A stretch of 64,000 nt of DNA, taken from Bacteroidota bacterium. Its GTDB lineage: Bacteria; Bacteroidota; Bacteroidia; JABDFU01. The notes below the pieces were generated by a model that did not search any database, was not told the origin of the DNA, and was given only the letters and a program-made list of their open reading frames with translations. The DNA lies in NCBI GenBank assembly GCA_016183775.1, contig JACPDY010000098.1, positions 13,547-77,546 of the forward strand. The letters run 5' to 3'. This document shows positions 28,517 to 37,962 of the stretch, one piece after another (within the stretch, counting starts at the first letter, position 1; the number at the start of each line of letters is the position of its first letter). The translations under genes were made by a program, and so were the position numbers.

Positions 28517-28582
28517 ATAAAATACTTTCCTTTCCGTTTCATCATAGTTTATGGGGTATTCAAGATATACCTTCGCTGAAAA

Positions 28583-29407
28583 GTGCCATTGCAAAACATC
28601 AGACAAATAGACGTTGAAGATATTATTGCGAGTAAAAACCCCGTACTGCTCAGGCTTCTCCCTCTACCGGTTTTACAATACATTAAACGAATTGTTCACC
28701 AGGAAGAATTCAACCGGTTCCTGCGGCTCACAAGGAATGAATATGCACACGATTTTGTAAATGCCGCGCTTGCAAACTTCCAGATACAGGTGATTACTGA
28801 AGGGTTGGAGAATATACCCGGGGAAGGAGGGTGCATTGTTGCCTGCAACCACCCTCTTGGCGGAATTGATGGAATTGCAGTGATGAAAGAAATAGGAAGA
28901 GTGAGAAAAGATATTAAAGCATTGGTGAATGATATATTAATGAATCTTGAAAATCTGAATAGCTTATTAGTTCCGATAAACAAGCACGGGAAAAACAACG
29001 CCGACAATGTAAGGCATATAGACCATGTGTATGCATCAAATGAGTGCGTCATTGTATTCCCGGCCGGGCTTGTTTCACGCAGGCAAAATGGAATAATCAA
29101 AGATCTTGATTGGAAAAAGAGTTTTGTTACCAAGGCCATAAAATATAAACGTAACGTCATTCCTGTGCACATTGATGCCTGCAACAGCAATTTTTTTTAT
29201 ACCCTGGCATCTATTCGCAGGATAGTTGGGATAAAAGCGAACCTGGAGATGTTTTACCTTGTTGACGAAGTCTACAAGCAAAAGGGAAAATTTATCAAAC
29301 TAACTATCGGCAAGCCTATTTCATACACCACATTTACAAAAATGCACACAGATCTTTATTGGGCCGGGAAAGTAAAAGAACATGTATATAATTTAAAAGA
29401 AAGTTAG
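28583..29407 (+). CDS. Lysophospholipid acyltransferase-family protein.
   Basis: NHPLGGIDG (H..D block I-like) and FPAG block. 274 aa. Confidence 0.55.
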   Translation: MPLQNIRQIDVEDIIASKNPVLLRLLPLPVLQYIKRIVHQEEFNRFLRLTRNEYAHDFVNAALANFQIQVITEGLENIPGEGGCIVACNHPLGGIDGIAVMKEIGRVRKDIKALVNDILMNLENLNSLLVPINKHGKNNADNVRHIDHVYASNECVIVFPAGLVSRRQNGIIKDLDWKKSFVTKAIKYKRNVIPVHIDACNSNFFYTLASIRRIVGIKANLEMFYLVDEVYKQKGKFIKLTIGKPISYTTFTKMHTDLYWAGKVKEHVYNLKES

Positions 29408-29451
29408 AGTAAAATACGGTTTAATTTATACTCCCCATATATCACGAAAAC

Positions 29452-30195
29452 ATGCAATATATTGTAGCGCCCTTTCGTATCATTTATAAAATATACTACT
29501 TCATCTTTTTTGCGCTCTCGCTCATTATTCTATTTCCCTTCTTCTATTTCCTGTTGTCAGACTCAAAGCGATTTCCCAAAGCCTTTATATTAATGAGACT
29601 TCATGCATTTGTATTACTGCTTTTCGCGGGAGTTTTTATGAAAATCAAGGGCGCCGGCAACATTCCAAAAAATGGAGCATATATTATTTGTCCGAATCAC
29701 AGTTCATTTTTTGATACTTTTTGTCTTTATAGCATATTTGATCAGTACTTTGTTTTTATAGGAAAGAAAGAAATTGAAAAATGGCCGCTCTTCCATATCT
29801 TTTATACATCCGGAATGAATATTTTGGTAGATAGACAGAATGCTGCAGGATCTGTTAGCGCCTTACGCAAAATGTGTACCGAGATTGATAAAGGACATCC
29901 CCTTGCAATATTCCCTGAAGGTACAATATCCAAAGAGGCCCCAAAACTTGGCCCTTTTAAATCAGGCGCCTTTGCTATTGCAATTCAAAAACAGGTACCT
30001 GTCCTTCCTGTTACATTCGTTACCAATTATAAACTGCTTGAGCGCGGAGGTATCTGGAAGGGCCGGGCAAGGCCTGGAATAGCTGAGATCATTATCCATA
30101 AACCAATCAATACAACTGGATTAAATAAGAAAAGCATTAACCGGCTTCAAATGGATGTACAGGCGATAATTAATACTCCACTATCAGTTAGTTGA
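29452..30195 (+). CDS. 1-Acyl-sn-glycerol-3-phosphate acyltransferase (PlsC family).
   Basis: NHSSFFD (HX4D), FPEGT, and an N-terminal TM anchor. Confidence 0.75.
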   Translation: MQYIVAPFRIIYKIYYFIFFALSLIILFPFFYFLLSDSKRFPKAFILMRLHAFVLLLFAGVFMKIKGAGNIPKNGAYIICPNHSSFFDTFCLYSIFDQYFVFIGKKEIEKWPLFHIFYTSGMNILVDRQNAAGSVSALRKMCTEIDKGHPLAIFPEGTISKEAPKLGPFKSGAFAIAIQKQVPVLPVTFVTNYKLLERGGIWKGRARPGIAEIIIHKPINTTGLNKKSINRLQMDVQAIINTPLSVS

Positions 30196-30870
30196 AATGG
30201 AAATGCCTGATGTGCCGATGAGATTTTCCCGAATCGCAAACATTACAAGTGATGCCCTGTTGTTAACATTGAGTTTACTCATGAGGTTCTTTCTGTGAGT
30301 TGTTACAGTATGCACACTTATAAAAAGCTTATCGGCGATTTGCTTGCTTGGAAGCCCATCTGCAATAAGTTGCAATATCTGAATCTCGCGCTCTGAAATT
30401 TTAACTCCGCTGCAGGAAACATTTGATGAAATGAGCATACTCTGCTCCATTAGCAGATCAACAATTTTCCCGCACAGAAATTTTTTACTCATTGAAGTAC
30501 TGTAAATAGATTCTATGATTTCTTCTTTCCCACAATCATTCCATAAATGGCTCGTAATTCCATATTCAATTGACTTTGAAACTATAGATTTAGGCTGAAG
30601 GGACGTGATGGCCAAAATATTTACCATTGGAAAATGTTCCCGGATAATAGAGATGTCATCTAAACAAAAATAGCGTGATGAGTAGTCCATTATAAGTACA
30701 TCCGGGCTATTGAGCAACAATTTTTCACTAAGTTCCTCCGCCTTTTCCGCCTCGCCTACTATAGAAAAATCTTCAACCTGGTCAATAATGGATTGAAGTC
30801 CTTTACGGATCAGGTAGCTATTATCAGCAATAAGTATTTTTATTTTTCTCATAAAACAATCCATATTCAT
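30184..30870 (-). CDS. LuxR/NarL-family response regulator (receiver + HTH_LuxR).
   Basis: KILIADNSYLIRKGL, then DVLIMD receiver region. C-terminal LSEREIQILQLIADGLPSKQIADKLFISVHTVTTHRKNLMSKL. Confidence 0.85.
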   Translation of the reverse strand: MNMDCFMRKIKILIADNSYLIRKGLQSIIDQVEDFSIVGEAEKAEELSEKLLLNSPDVLIMDYSSRYFCLDDISIIREHFPMVNILAITSLQPKSIVSKSIEYGITSHLWNDCGKEEIIESIYSTSMSKKFLCGKIVDLLMEQSMLISSNVSCSGVKISEREIQILQLIADGLPSKQIADKLFISVHTVTTHRKNLMSKLNVNNRASLVMFAIRENLIGTSGISISTN

Positions 30871-30922
30871 CCGCTACGAAGCTAATGTCATGCTAAACTG
30901 CACTTTATTACTTTTAAAAAAT

Positions 30923-30936
30923 ATGATATAAATCAT
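30923..30936. promoter_or_regulatory. Candidate Crp/Fnr-family site ATGATATAAATCAT between the luxR-like gene and the TonB-dependent receptor gene.
   Basis: Perfect TGAT-N4-ATCA palindrome in a divergent intergenic region. Confidence 0.4.
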
Positions 30937-31139
30937 CTCCTTCTCATGAATTGGCTTAAACCTTAGCAAACCTAACAGAAGTCAGTGTATACAAGCATAT
31001 TATCCGAACAAACTATAAATACCTTGTTATGGGTATTGTAATTCCATTTGTTTTCTCATTAATTTGATCCGGAAAATATAATTGCCGCATTTCATTTTCA
31101 CTTGTGACTAGAGTAAAGCGATTAAAGAGAATCCGTAAT

Positions 31140-33821
31140 ATGAAAAAAAGCAGAGTAATATTTTGGTACATGATCATTTCAGTGACAGCCTTTGCACAGC
31201 ATGCCGTTATTAGAGGTGTTGTAAGAAACGAAAGCGATGGGGCGTTAATGTCAGATGTTGCTGTAATAATTAACGGGACAGCAAATACAAATACAGATTC
31301 AAAAGGCGTATTTCAATTTTCCGAAGTCGCAATAGGAACGCATAAATTGTCCATAACTCTTTTGGGATATGAAAAGGCCGAGCGTATAATCAATATTATT
31401 TCAGAACTTGAAGTGGTTGAAATCCCGGAAATAAAATTAAAATCAAGTGCGATTCAATTTCCGGAGATCGTTATTTCTGAAAGCCTCTCCAATTATTCAT
31501 ATAAATACCAGGGCTCTAATATTATAATCTCTTCCAGGGATATTGAACTTAGCAAGCCTGTTGGAACAGAAGAGATTTTAAAAAAGGTTTCCGGGATCAA
31601 TGTTTCCGGAGATATGGGAATTTCCAACCGGTTAAATGTAGGCATCAGAGGTTCTTATCCCCGTCGCTCGGTCAATATACTGTTGATGGAAGATGGAACG
31701 CCAATTGCCCCTGCTCCTTATTTGGCTCCTGAAGCATATTATAATCCTCCGGCCGACCGGCTGGATGGAATTGAAATAATGAAGGGAACTGATATATTGG
31801 CTTATGGCAGTAATACTATGTACGGAACAATAAATTATATAACCAAGAAACCACCGTTAAAACCAACCTTGGGAGTTAATCTGTCCGGTGGCGAAAATGG
31901 GTATCACTCCGAGTATGTTACCTATGGCGGAACCTGGGATAAAGTTGGAGCTGAGCTACAGGTGTTGAACAAATATTTTGATGGATTTCAGGATAATTCC
32001 CAATCATCCATCTTTAACACTACTGCAAAATTACATTCTGAATTAACTGCGCGTTCATCCGTGTATATGAAATTAAATTATCACCAGGAGGAATCAAAAG
32101 CAAGTTATAGCGCGCTTACGCCATATACATTTAAGATGGATCCATGGCAGAATCCATTTGATGCTGATGACCTGACCACCAAACGCTATGGCGTTGATCT
32201 GTCATACAATTACAAGCTTAGCAACAACTTTATTCTGTCTTCGAAAATTTACGTATCTCAATTTCAGCGCGACTGGTGGAGACAGGAAAATACATTGATC
32301 AAAGCGTCGACTGCTAAAGCGTACCTTGGAAATAATTTATACAATGAAAGATATTCGTACCTGGATGGCCAATCTTTTGGGATTAACGATTACATAAGAG
32401 TTGGGAAAGTAACCGGAGGTAAGGAAAGTACAAGGGCCCGTAATCGTTTGTTCAGAGTAGGAGGAGCCCAGCAAACATTAAGGTATAATGTAGATAAGGA
32501 AAAGTTTAAAATGAACCTGGAAGGAACAATAAAGGGCCACTGGGAATCATTCGCTAATGTTGAAATAAAAAATGACTCTTCACGCTTTGCCAGAAGCGGG
32601 ACAATTGACAGGGACCAATATTATGAATTGGCGGCTTACTCAGGGTTTATTAAGGATAAATTAACCTATAGCAAAATAGCTTTTACGCCATCTATACGCT
32701 ATGAATTTGTAAAAATGTATGGCTTCGATAAATTGGCCATTTCCAAAATGAGCGGTAATGATGGCAGCAAATATTTCGGAAGTCAAAAAAATACTTACAC
32801 AAGTTTTATTCCGGGTGCTGCGATCGCGTATGATCTGATAAACAAACCTTCGAATAAATTAAATATTTTTGGAGGTATTTACAAGGGCTATACCGCGCCG
32901 ATAGCCGACTTTGCCTTTTTAAACGTTGAAGACGGTATTGTTTCTTCCCCAACCACTTCCAAGCCGATAAACCGTGAGCCTGAAGTAAGTTTAAATTTTG
33001 AGGTCGGGATCAGGAGTGATCTATTGAATAAGTTTGCGAATGTTCAATTAACATATTTTAATAACAACGTTAAGAATTATTATTCCGCAGGAAGGAATGA
33101 GGCTTTTCAGACATTAGGTGCTGTAAATATTAACGGAATTGAATCATCAATAAATCTGTATTTGCATAAGCTTTTTAATGCCGAGAACCATGAGTTGGTT
33201 TTAAATCTGTCGGGGACACTGATGAACGGGACAATTTTAAGCGGGTTACTTAAAGATGCAGACTTGTTGAAAGCCAAGCATACTGACGCTACAAAAGCTG
33301 AGCTTATTACTAAGATCAATTCAGAACGAAAAGGGTTTGATGTTTATTTTTCGAATGTTGCTGGACAGGATAGTTTGATAACAAGTAATTTGTCGGTGGT
33401 CGATTTCGGTAAAATAAAGCGTCTTGATTTTATTTTTGGCGAGTCGGGAATTTCAAATAATTCGATCCCATATTTACCGCCATTTATTTTAAATGCTGGA
33501 TTTACCTATGCATTCAAGGGTCTAAGTATTAGCGCTAATATAAATTATGTGGCAAGTCAATACACCGACTATTTGAATTTTGATAGTGAGACAGCAGAGG
33601 GTGCCATTGGAAAGTTACAGGCATTTAAAACTATTGATGCGAATATTGCCTATTCATTTGAAAGACATAATGCAAAATACTTAAATGGATTAAGTCTTTT
33701 TGTGGCTGCAAAAAACATTACAGATGAAGTGTATCAGGCTTCCCGATTACACAGGCTTTCTTCCGGAATTATGCCCGGCGGATTCAGACAAATTAACGCC
33801 GGCCTTAAATTCAAATTTTAA
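31140..33821 (+). CDS. TonB-dependent outer-membrane receptor (CarboxypepD_reg N-terminal domain + plug + beta-barrel).
   Basis: Signal peptide MKKSRVIFWYMIISVTAFAQ, and VIRGVVRNESDGALMSDVAVII carboxypeptidase-regulatory-like domain. C-terminal ...NAGLKFKF with terminal Phe. Track ORF opens at 31104. Confidence 0.85.
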   Translation: MKKSRVIFWYMIISVTAFAQHAVIRGVVRNESDGALMSDVAVIINGTANTNTDSKGVFQFSEVAIGTHKLSITLLGYEKAERIINIISELEVVEIPEIKLKSSAIQFPEIVISESLSNYSYKYQGSNIIISSRDIELSKPVGTEEILKKVSGINVSGDMGISNRLNVGIRGSYPRRSVNILLMEDGTPIAPAPYLAPEAYYNPPADRLDGIEIMKGTDILAYGSNTMYGTINYITKKPPLKPTLGVNLSGGENGYHSEYVTYGGTWDKVGAELQVLNKYFDGFQDNSQSSIFNTTAKLHSELTARSSVYMKLNYHQEESKASYSALTPYTFKMDPWQNPFDADDLTTKRYGVDLSYNYKLSNNFILSSKIYVSQFQRDWWRQENTLIKASTAKAYLGNNLYNERYSYLDGQSFGINDYIRVGKVTGGKESTRARNRLFRVGGAQQTLRYNVDKEKFKMNLEGTIKGHWESFANVEIKNDSSRFARSGTIDRDQYYELAAYSGFIKDKLTYSKIAFTPSIRYEFVKMYGFDKLAISKMSGNDGSKYFGSQKNTYTSFIPGAAIAYDLINKPSNKLNIFGGIYKGYTAPIADFAFLNVEDGIVSSPTTSKPINREPEVSLNFEVGIRSDLLNKFANVQLTYFNNNVKNYYSAGRNEAFQTLGAVNINGIESSINLYLHKLFNAENHELVLNLSGTLMNGTILSGLLKDADLLKAKHTDATKAELITKINSERKGFDVYFSNVAGQDSLITSNLSVVDFGKIKRLDFIFGESGISNNSIPYLPPFILNAGFTYAFKGLSISANINYVASQYTDYLNFDSETAEGAIGKLQAFKTIDANIAYSFERHNAKYLNGLSLFVAAKNITDEVYQASRLHRLSSGIMPGGFRQINAGLKFKF

Positions 33822-34020
33822 TTTTAAACGGAGACAGGACTTCGTTAAAATACTAATGCAGGGAAATGGCGCCGGTAGGATCCGACATAAAAACCCCCAT
33901 TACAACTCATAATAGGAGTCTGTAATCAGTCTCATTCTTCTCAGATAATTGTTGCCCAAAGGATATTAACAGTGCTGCGGCAGAGCTGTATTCCTCGGTA
34001 ATATTCATCCCTTATAAAAT

Positions 34021-34034
34021 ATGATGCACATCAT
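34021..34034. promoter_or_regulatory. Candidate Crp/Fnr-family site ATGATGCACATCAT, ~125 bp upstream of the BcrD-like ATPase operon.
   Basis: Perfect TGAT-N4-ATCA palindrome in a 336-bp intergenic region. Confidence 0.45.
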
Positions 34035-34157
34035 AGAATAACTGTGCATTTCAGCGTTTCTTTATTACACCTAATTGGTCATTTTCCCCAGAATGAAATA
34101 TTTCATTCGCAACACGATTGATACAAATAGCATATTAACCTCAATATATTAAAGACT

Positions 34158-34997
34158 ATGGTAAAATCTTTTTATACACTGGGAGTCGACGTAGGAAGTA
34201 ATTTTATAAAGGTGGCTCTTGTGGACTACTCTGAGAGTCCAAAAATCATCGACAAGCATACAGAAAAGATACGAAAACGGAATCCTACAACTGTTGCAGA
34301 TGAGATGATTCAAACAATCCTTCAGAAAAACGGATTGAAGGATTGTGATATTGCATATTTGGCTTCAACCGGTGAGGGAGATTTAGTAAAGCGTAAACGC
34401 GGTCATTTTTATGGAATGACGACACATTCCAAGGGCGCAAACTTTTTTTTTCCTGACGCAAAGTCTGTGGTAGATATGGGGGCATTATATGTCCGTGCAG
34501 TAAAAGTTGCAGAAGATGCGAGGGTACTGGATTATAAGATGACCGGTCAATGCGCATCCGGGTCTGGTCAATTCGTTGAAAACATTTCCCGCTATCTGGG
34601 TTTATCTATTGAGGAAGTGGGAGATGTTTCTCTCATGGCCGATGAAGCTGAAGTTTCATCAGGGATTTGCGCGGTACTCGCGGAAACAGATGTTATCAAC
34701 ATGGTTTCACGTGGTATAACTACTCCTAATATTATTAAAGGAATTCATATTTCTATAGCAGGAAGAATTATCAAGCTTCTGAGTTCACTCAAGGCAGAAT
34801 CGCCTATAATCCTGACGGGGGGTATGTCTCTTAACAAAGGAATGATTCAGGCTATCGAAGAGCAATTAAAGGAGACGGGGAAGAAATTTGTCATTAAAAC
34901 TCATTCCGATGCTATTTATGCAGGGGCCATTGGTGCTGCATTATGGGGAGGATTCAGACATATTAAACTGAAAGAAAAGCAAGCTGTAATATCATAA
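34158..34997 (+). CDS. BadF/BadG/BcrA/BcrD-type ATPase (small activase, BcrD/HgdC-sized).
   Basis: LGVDVGSNFIKVALV, then MTGQCASGSGQF cluster-binding Cys pair. 279 aa. Confidence 0.85.
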   Translation: MVKSFYTLGVDVGSNFIKVALVDYSESPKIIDKHTEKIRKRNPTTVADEMIQTILQKNGLKDCDIAYLASTGEGDLVKRKRGHFYGMTTHSKGANFFFPDAKSVVDMGALYVRAVKVAEDARVLDYKMTGQCASGSGQFVENISRYLGLSIEEVGDVSLMADEAEVSSGICAVLAETDVINMVSRGITTPNIIKGIHISIAGRIIKLLSSLKAESPIILTGGMSLNKGMIQAIEEQLKETGKKFVIKTHSDAIYAGAIGAALWGGFRHIKLKEKQAVIS

Positions 34998-36742
34998 TGC
35001 AATATTTAAGGTCAGAAAAAGATTTAGGAGATGTGATTCCGAATATCGCATTGATGCTGGAAAGGAATGTTGTCCATTTTCCGGACAACATCGTTTATGC
35101 GGAGAAACAAAATGGGAGCTATAATGGCATTACCTGGAAGATCTTTTTTGAGCAAATTCAGAATATTGCAGTCAACCTGACCAATATCGGATTTAAAAAG
35201 GGAGATAAAATGGTTATGTTTTCTCCAAACAGACTTGAGATGCTTGAGCTTGAATTGGCAGTTATGGCCAGTGGGGGGATAAGTGTTCCTATTTTTGCAT
35301 TCTTTCATAAGGAAACAGCGGAATTTCTTATAAAACATTCCAGCGCGCGGTTTTTAGCTGTAGCCGGGGAATTACAACTAAGCAGGACTGGTTCCGGAAT
35401 TCCTCTTCATAAAATTATTTCCTTCGATAAACTTGAAAAGCATAATCGCCGAAATCTTATTCCCTTTAGTGAACTGCTATCCCCTCAAAGCGAGGCTACA
35501 TCCTCTTTATTATTTAATGCGCCGGCCAATGATATTTGTCTGAACATGTATACTTCCGGTACCATGGGAACTCCGAAATGTGTGCAGCTGACTCACCAAA
35601 ATATACTATCTCAGCAAGCCGCGCTGAAAAAGATATGGGAAGTAAATGAAAAAGATCGCTTTCTCTCCTATTTACCATGGCATCACAGCTTTGGAGGCAT
35701 TTTTGAGCGATTCTCTGCACTTTATAATGGGGCTGCTATATACCAGGAATCGGGGTATGGGAAAGATTCAAAGGTTATAATGGAAAACTGGAAACTCGTT
35801 CAGCCCAACTTATTTTTTAGTGTTCCTAAAGTATACCAATCACTTGTGGATCTCACTAAAGCAGATAAAGAAGCTGAAAAGTTATTTTTTCATTCCGGCT
35901 TAAAATTCATTTTTACAGCCGCTGCCGCCCTTCCTCAAAAAATTTCTGAAGAGTTTGAACGCAAAAGAATTCCGGTGATAGAAGGGTGGGGCCTGACAGA
36001 AACTTCACCCTGCTGCACACTTACCGATCCTGCCCTGAAAAGAGAAAATGGTATAGTTGGAAAACCCATTCCCGGAGTTTGTTTGCGGATAACTGATGAT
36101 GGAGAAATCCAGGTAAAGGGGCCCAATGTAATGAAGGGATATTATAATAATGATGAAGCAAACAAAGAAGCCTTTACTGATGACGGCTGGTATTGCACAG
36201 GCGACATAGGAAAATTTACCCCCACCGGATTAAAACTTATATCACGCAAGGACAGGATTTTTAAACTGACTAATGGAGAAAAGGTTATTCCATCGGAAGT
36301 GGAGGAGCTTATTCAAACTAAATGTCATTATATCACTTTTGCTGTCATTTGTGGAAAGGGCAAAGAATATCCGGTCGCACTGTTGTTTCCAAACAAAAGG
36401 GCTCTGGATAATCCCAGTTATGAAATCTCACCGGACGAGGGCTGTTTTTGTCCCAAAAGCATGAATGAATTAGGAAAATGTCTTCAAGGTTGTTTGCACG
36501 ATGTTAATTGCGGGCTCACACAAAAATTTTCTAAAGTAAAATATGCAATGATTATTGATGATGAGTTGACAATCGAAAATAATACACTTACTCCATCAAT
36601 GAAAGTGGCACCCAATAAGTTAATGGAAACATATAAAGCTCACATCGAAAATCTTTATGGTGGGAAAAACTTCCTGAGCGGGGATGTTTATATCATAAAA
36701 CTGGAGACAGAAGGAGTGATGAAGGAAAAACACAGCATGTAA
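34997..36742 (+). CDS. AMP-dependent acyl-CoA synthetase/ligase.
   Basis: YTSGTMGTPKCV AMP-binding motif, and GWGLTETS and GDIGKF motifs. 581 aa, FadD-like in size. Confidence 0.85.
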   Translation: MQYLRSEKDLGDVIPNIALMLERNVVHFPDNIVYAEKQNGSYNGITWKIFFEQIQNIAVNLTNIGFKKGDKMVMFSPNRLEMLELELAVMASGGISVPIFAFFHKETAEFLIKHSSARFLAVAGELQLSRTGSGIPLHKIISFDKLEKHNRRNLIPFSELLSPQSEATSSLLFNAPANDICLNMYTSGTMGTPKCVQLTHQNILSQQAALKKIWEVNEKDRFLSYLPWHHSFGGIFERFSALYNGAAIYQESGYGKDSKVIMENWKLVQPNLFFSVPKVYQSLVDLTKADKEAEKLFFHSGLKFIFTAAAALPQKISEEFERKRIPVIEGWGLTETSPCCTLTDPALKRENGIVGKPIPGVCLRITDDGEIQVKGPNVMKGYYNNDEANKEAFTDDGWYCTGDIGKFTPTGLKLISRKDRIFKLTNGEKVIPSEVEELIQTKCHYITFAVICGKGKEYPVALLFPNKRALDNPSYEISPDEGCFCPKSMNELGKCLQGCLHDVNCGLTQKFSKVKYAMIIDDELTIENNTLTPSMKVAPNKLMETYKAHIENLYGGKNFLSGDVYIIKLETEGVMKEKHSM

Positions 36743-36744
36743 TT

Positions 36745-37962
36745 ATGTATGAGATAAAAGCCACACAGGAATTAAAAAAGGTAATGCGCGATTATTTTCT
36801 GTCGCTTGATAGCGGTGAAAATAAAATTGCGTGGTGTACAAGCGTGGGTCCTGCAGAATTACTCAGGTCATTTGGCTTTGAGGTTTATTTTCCTGAAAAT
36901 CATGGAGCGCTTTTAGGTGCAACACGTACTGCAATGGATCTTATTCCTGAATCCGCCAAACTAGGCTATTCCAATCATATATGCTCATATACTACTGCTG
37001 ATATTGGCTCGTACCTGGCAAAAATATCTCCGCTTAAAAATCAATATGGGATGAAAGGTGTACCAAAGCCGGATTTGATTGTATACAATACCAATCAGTG
37101 CCGTGAGGTTCAGGATTGGTTCGGTTTTTTTGCAAAAGAATTTAATTGCCCTATTGTTGGAATTCACCCTCCGAGATATATAGATGACGTGTCAAAAGAA
37201 GAGATAGCGCTTGTTGTTGACCAGCATAAAAAAATAATTACACTATGTGAAAAAGTCAGTGGTAATAAATTTGATATTGACAGGTTCCGTGAAACGCTGA
37301 GATTAAGTAAAGAAGCGACCCATCTTTGGCAGGAGGTCCTTAAAACTTCCACGGCATCACCTGCGCCAATCAGCTTTTTTGACGGAGTGATTCACATGGG
37401 TCCCATTGTAGTGATGCGGGGAACAGAACAAGCAATAGATTATTACACTTTACTTCTGAAGGAGCTGAAAGAGAATGTGATGAACAAGAATGGGGTCGTA
37501 AAAAACGAACAATTACGTATTTTTTGGGAGGGAATGCCAATTTGGGGAAAAATCCGGATGCTTTCAGATTTATTTGTTCAGAATAATACCGCTGTTGTTG
37601 CTTCCACATATTGCAGCAGTTGGGTGTTTGATGAGTTTGATGAAAGGAACCCATTCGAATCGTCAGCACTTGCGTATACAAAAATTTTTATAAACAGAAG
37701 TGAGAAGGCAAAATTAAAAATGTTAAAACTCTGGCTTGACGAATACAAGTGTGATGGTATTTTATTTCATGATACGAAAACATGCTTTAATAATTCGAAT
37801 GCAAAATTCGGAATGCCATTACGTTTAAAGGAAGAAACAGGTATGCCCTACCTTATTATAGAAGGAGATTTATGTGATTTGAGATTTTTCTCGGAAGGAC
37901 AAAGCATCACAAAAATTGAAACGTTTATTGAGCAAATTGAATCTTCAAAAATACATTCGTGA
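36745..37962 (+). CDS. Second 2-hydroxyacyl-CoA dehydratase / benzoyl-CoA reductase family component (HgdB/BcrC-like paralogue).
   Basis: 405 aa, with the same architecture as the 24424 gene. WCTSVGP N-terminal region and conserved Cys (HICSYT, YCSSW, TKTCFN). Confidence 0.7.
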   Translation: MYEIKATQELKKVMRDYFLSLDSGENKIAWCTSVGPAELLRSFGFEVYFPENHGALLGATRTAMDLIPESAKLGYSNHICSYTTADIGSYLAKISPLKNQYGMKGVPKPDLIVYNTNQCREVQDWFGFFAKEFNCPIVGIHPPRYIDDVSKEEIALVVDQHKKIITLCEKVSGNKFDIDRFRETLRLSKEATHLWQEVLKTSTASPAPISFFDGVIHMGPIVVMRGTEQAIDYYTLLLKELKENVMNKNGVVKNEQLRIFWEGMPIWGKIRMLSDLFVQNNTAVVASTYCSSWVFDEFDERNPFESSALAYTKIFINRSEKAKLKMLKLWLDEYKCDGILFHDTKTCFNNSNAKFGMPLRLKEETGMPYLIIEGDLCDLRFFSEGQSITKIETFIEQIESSKIHS

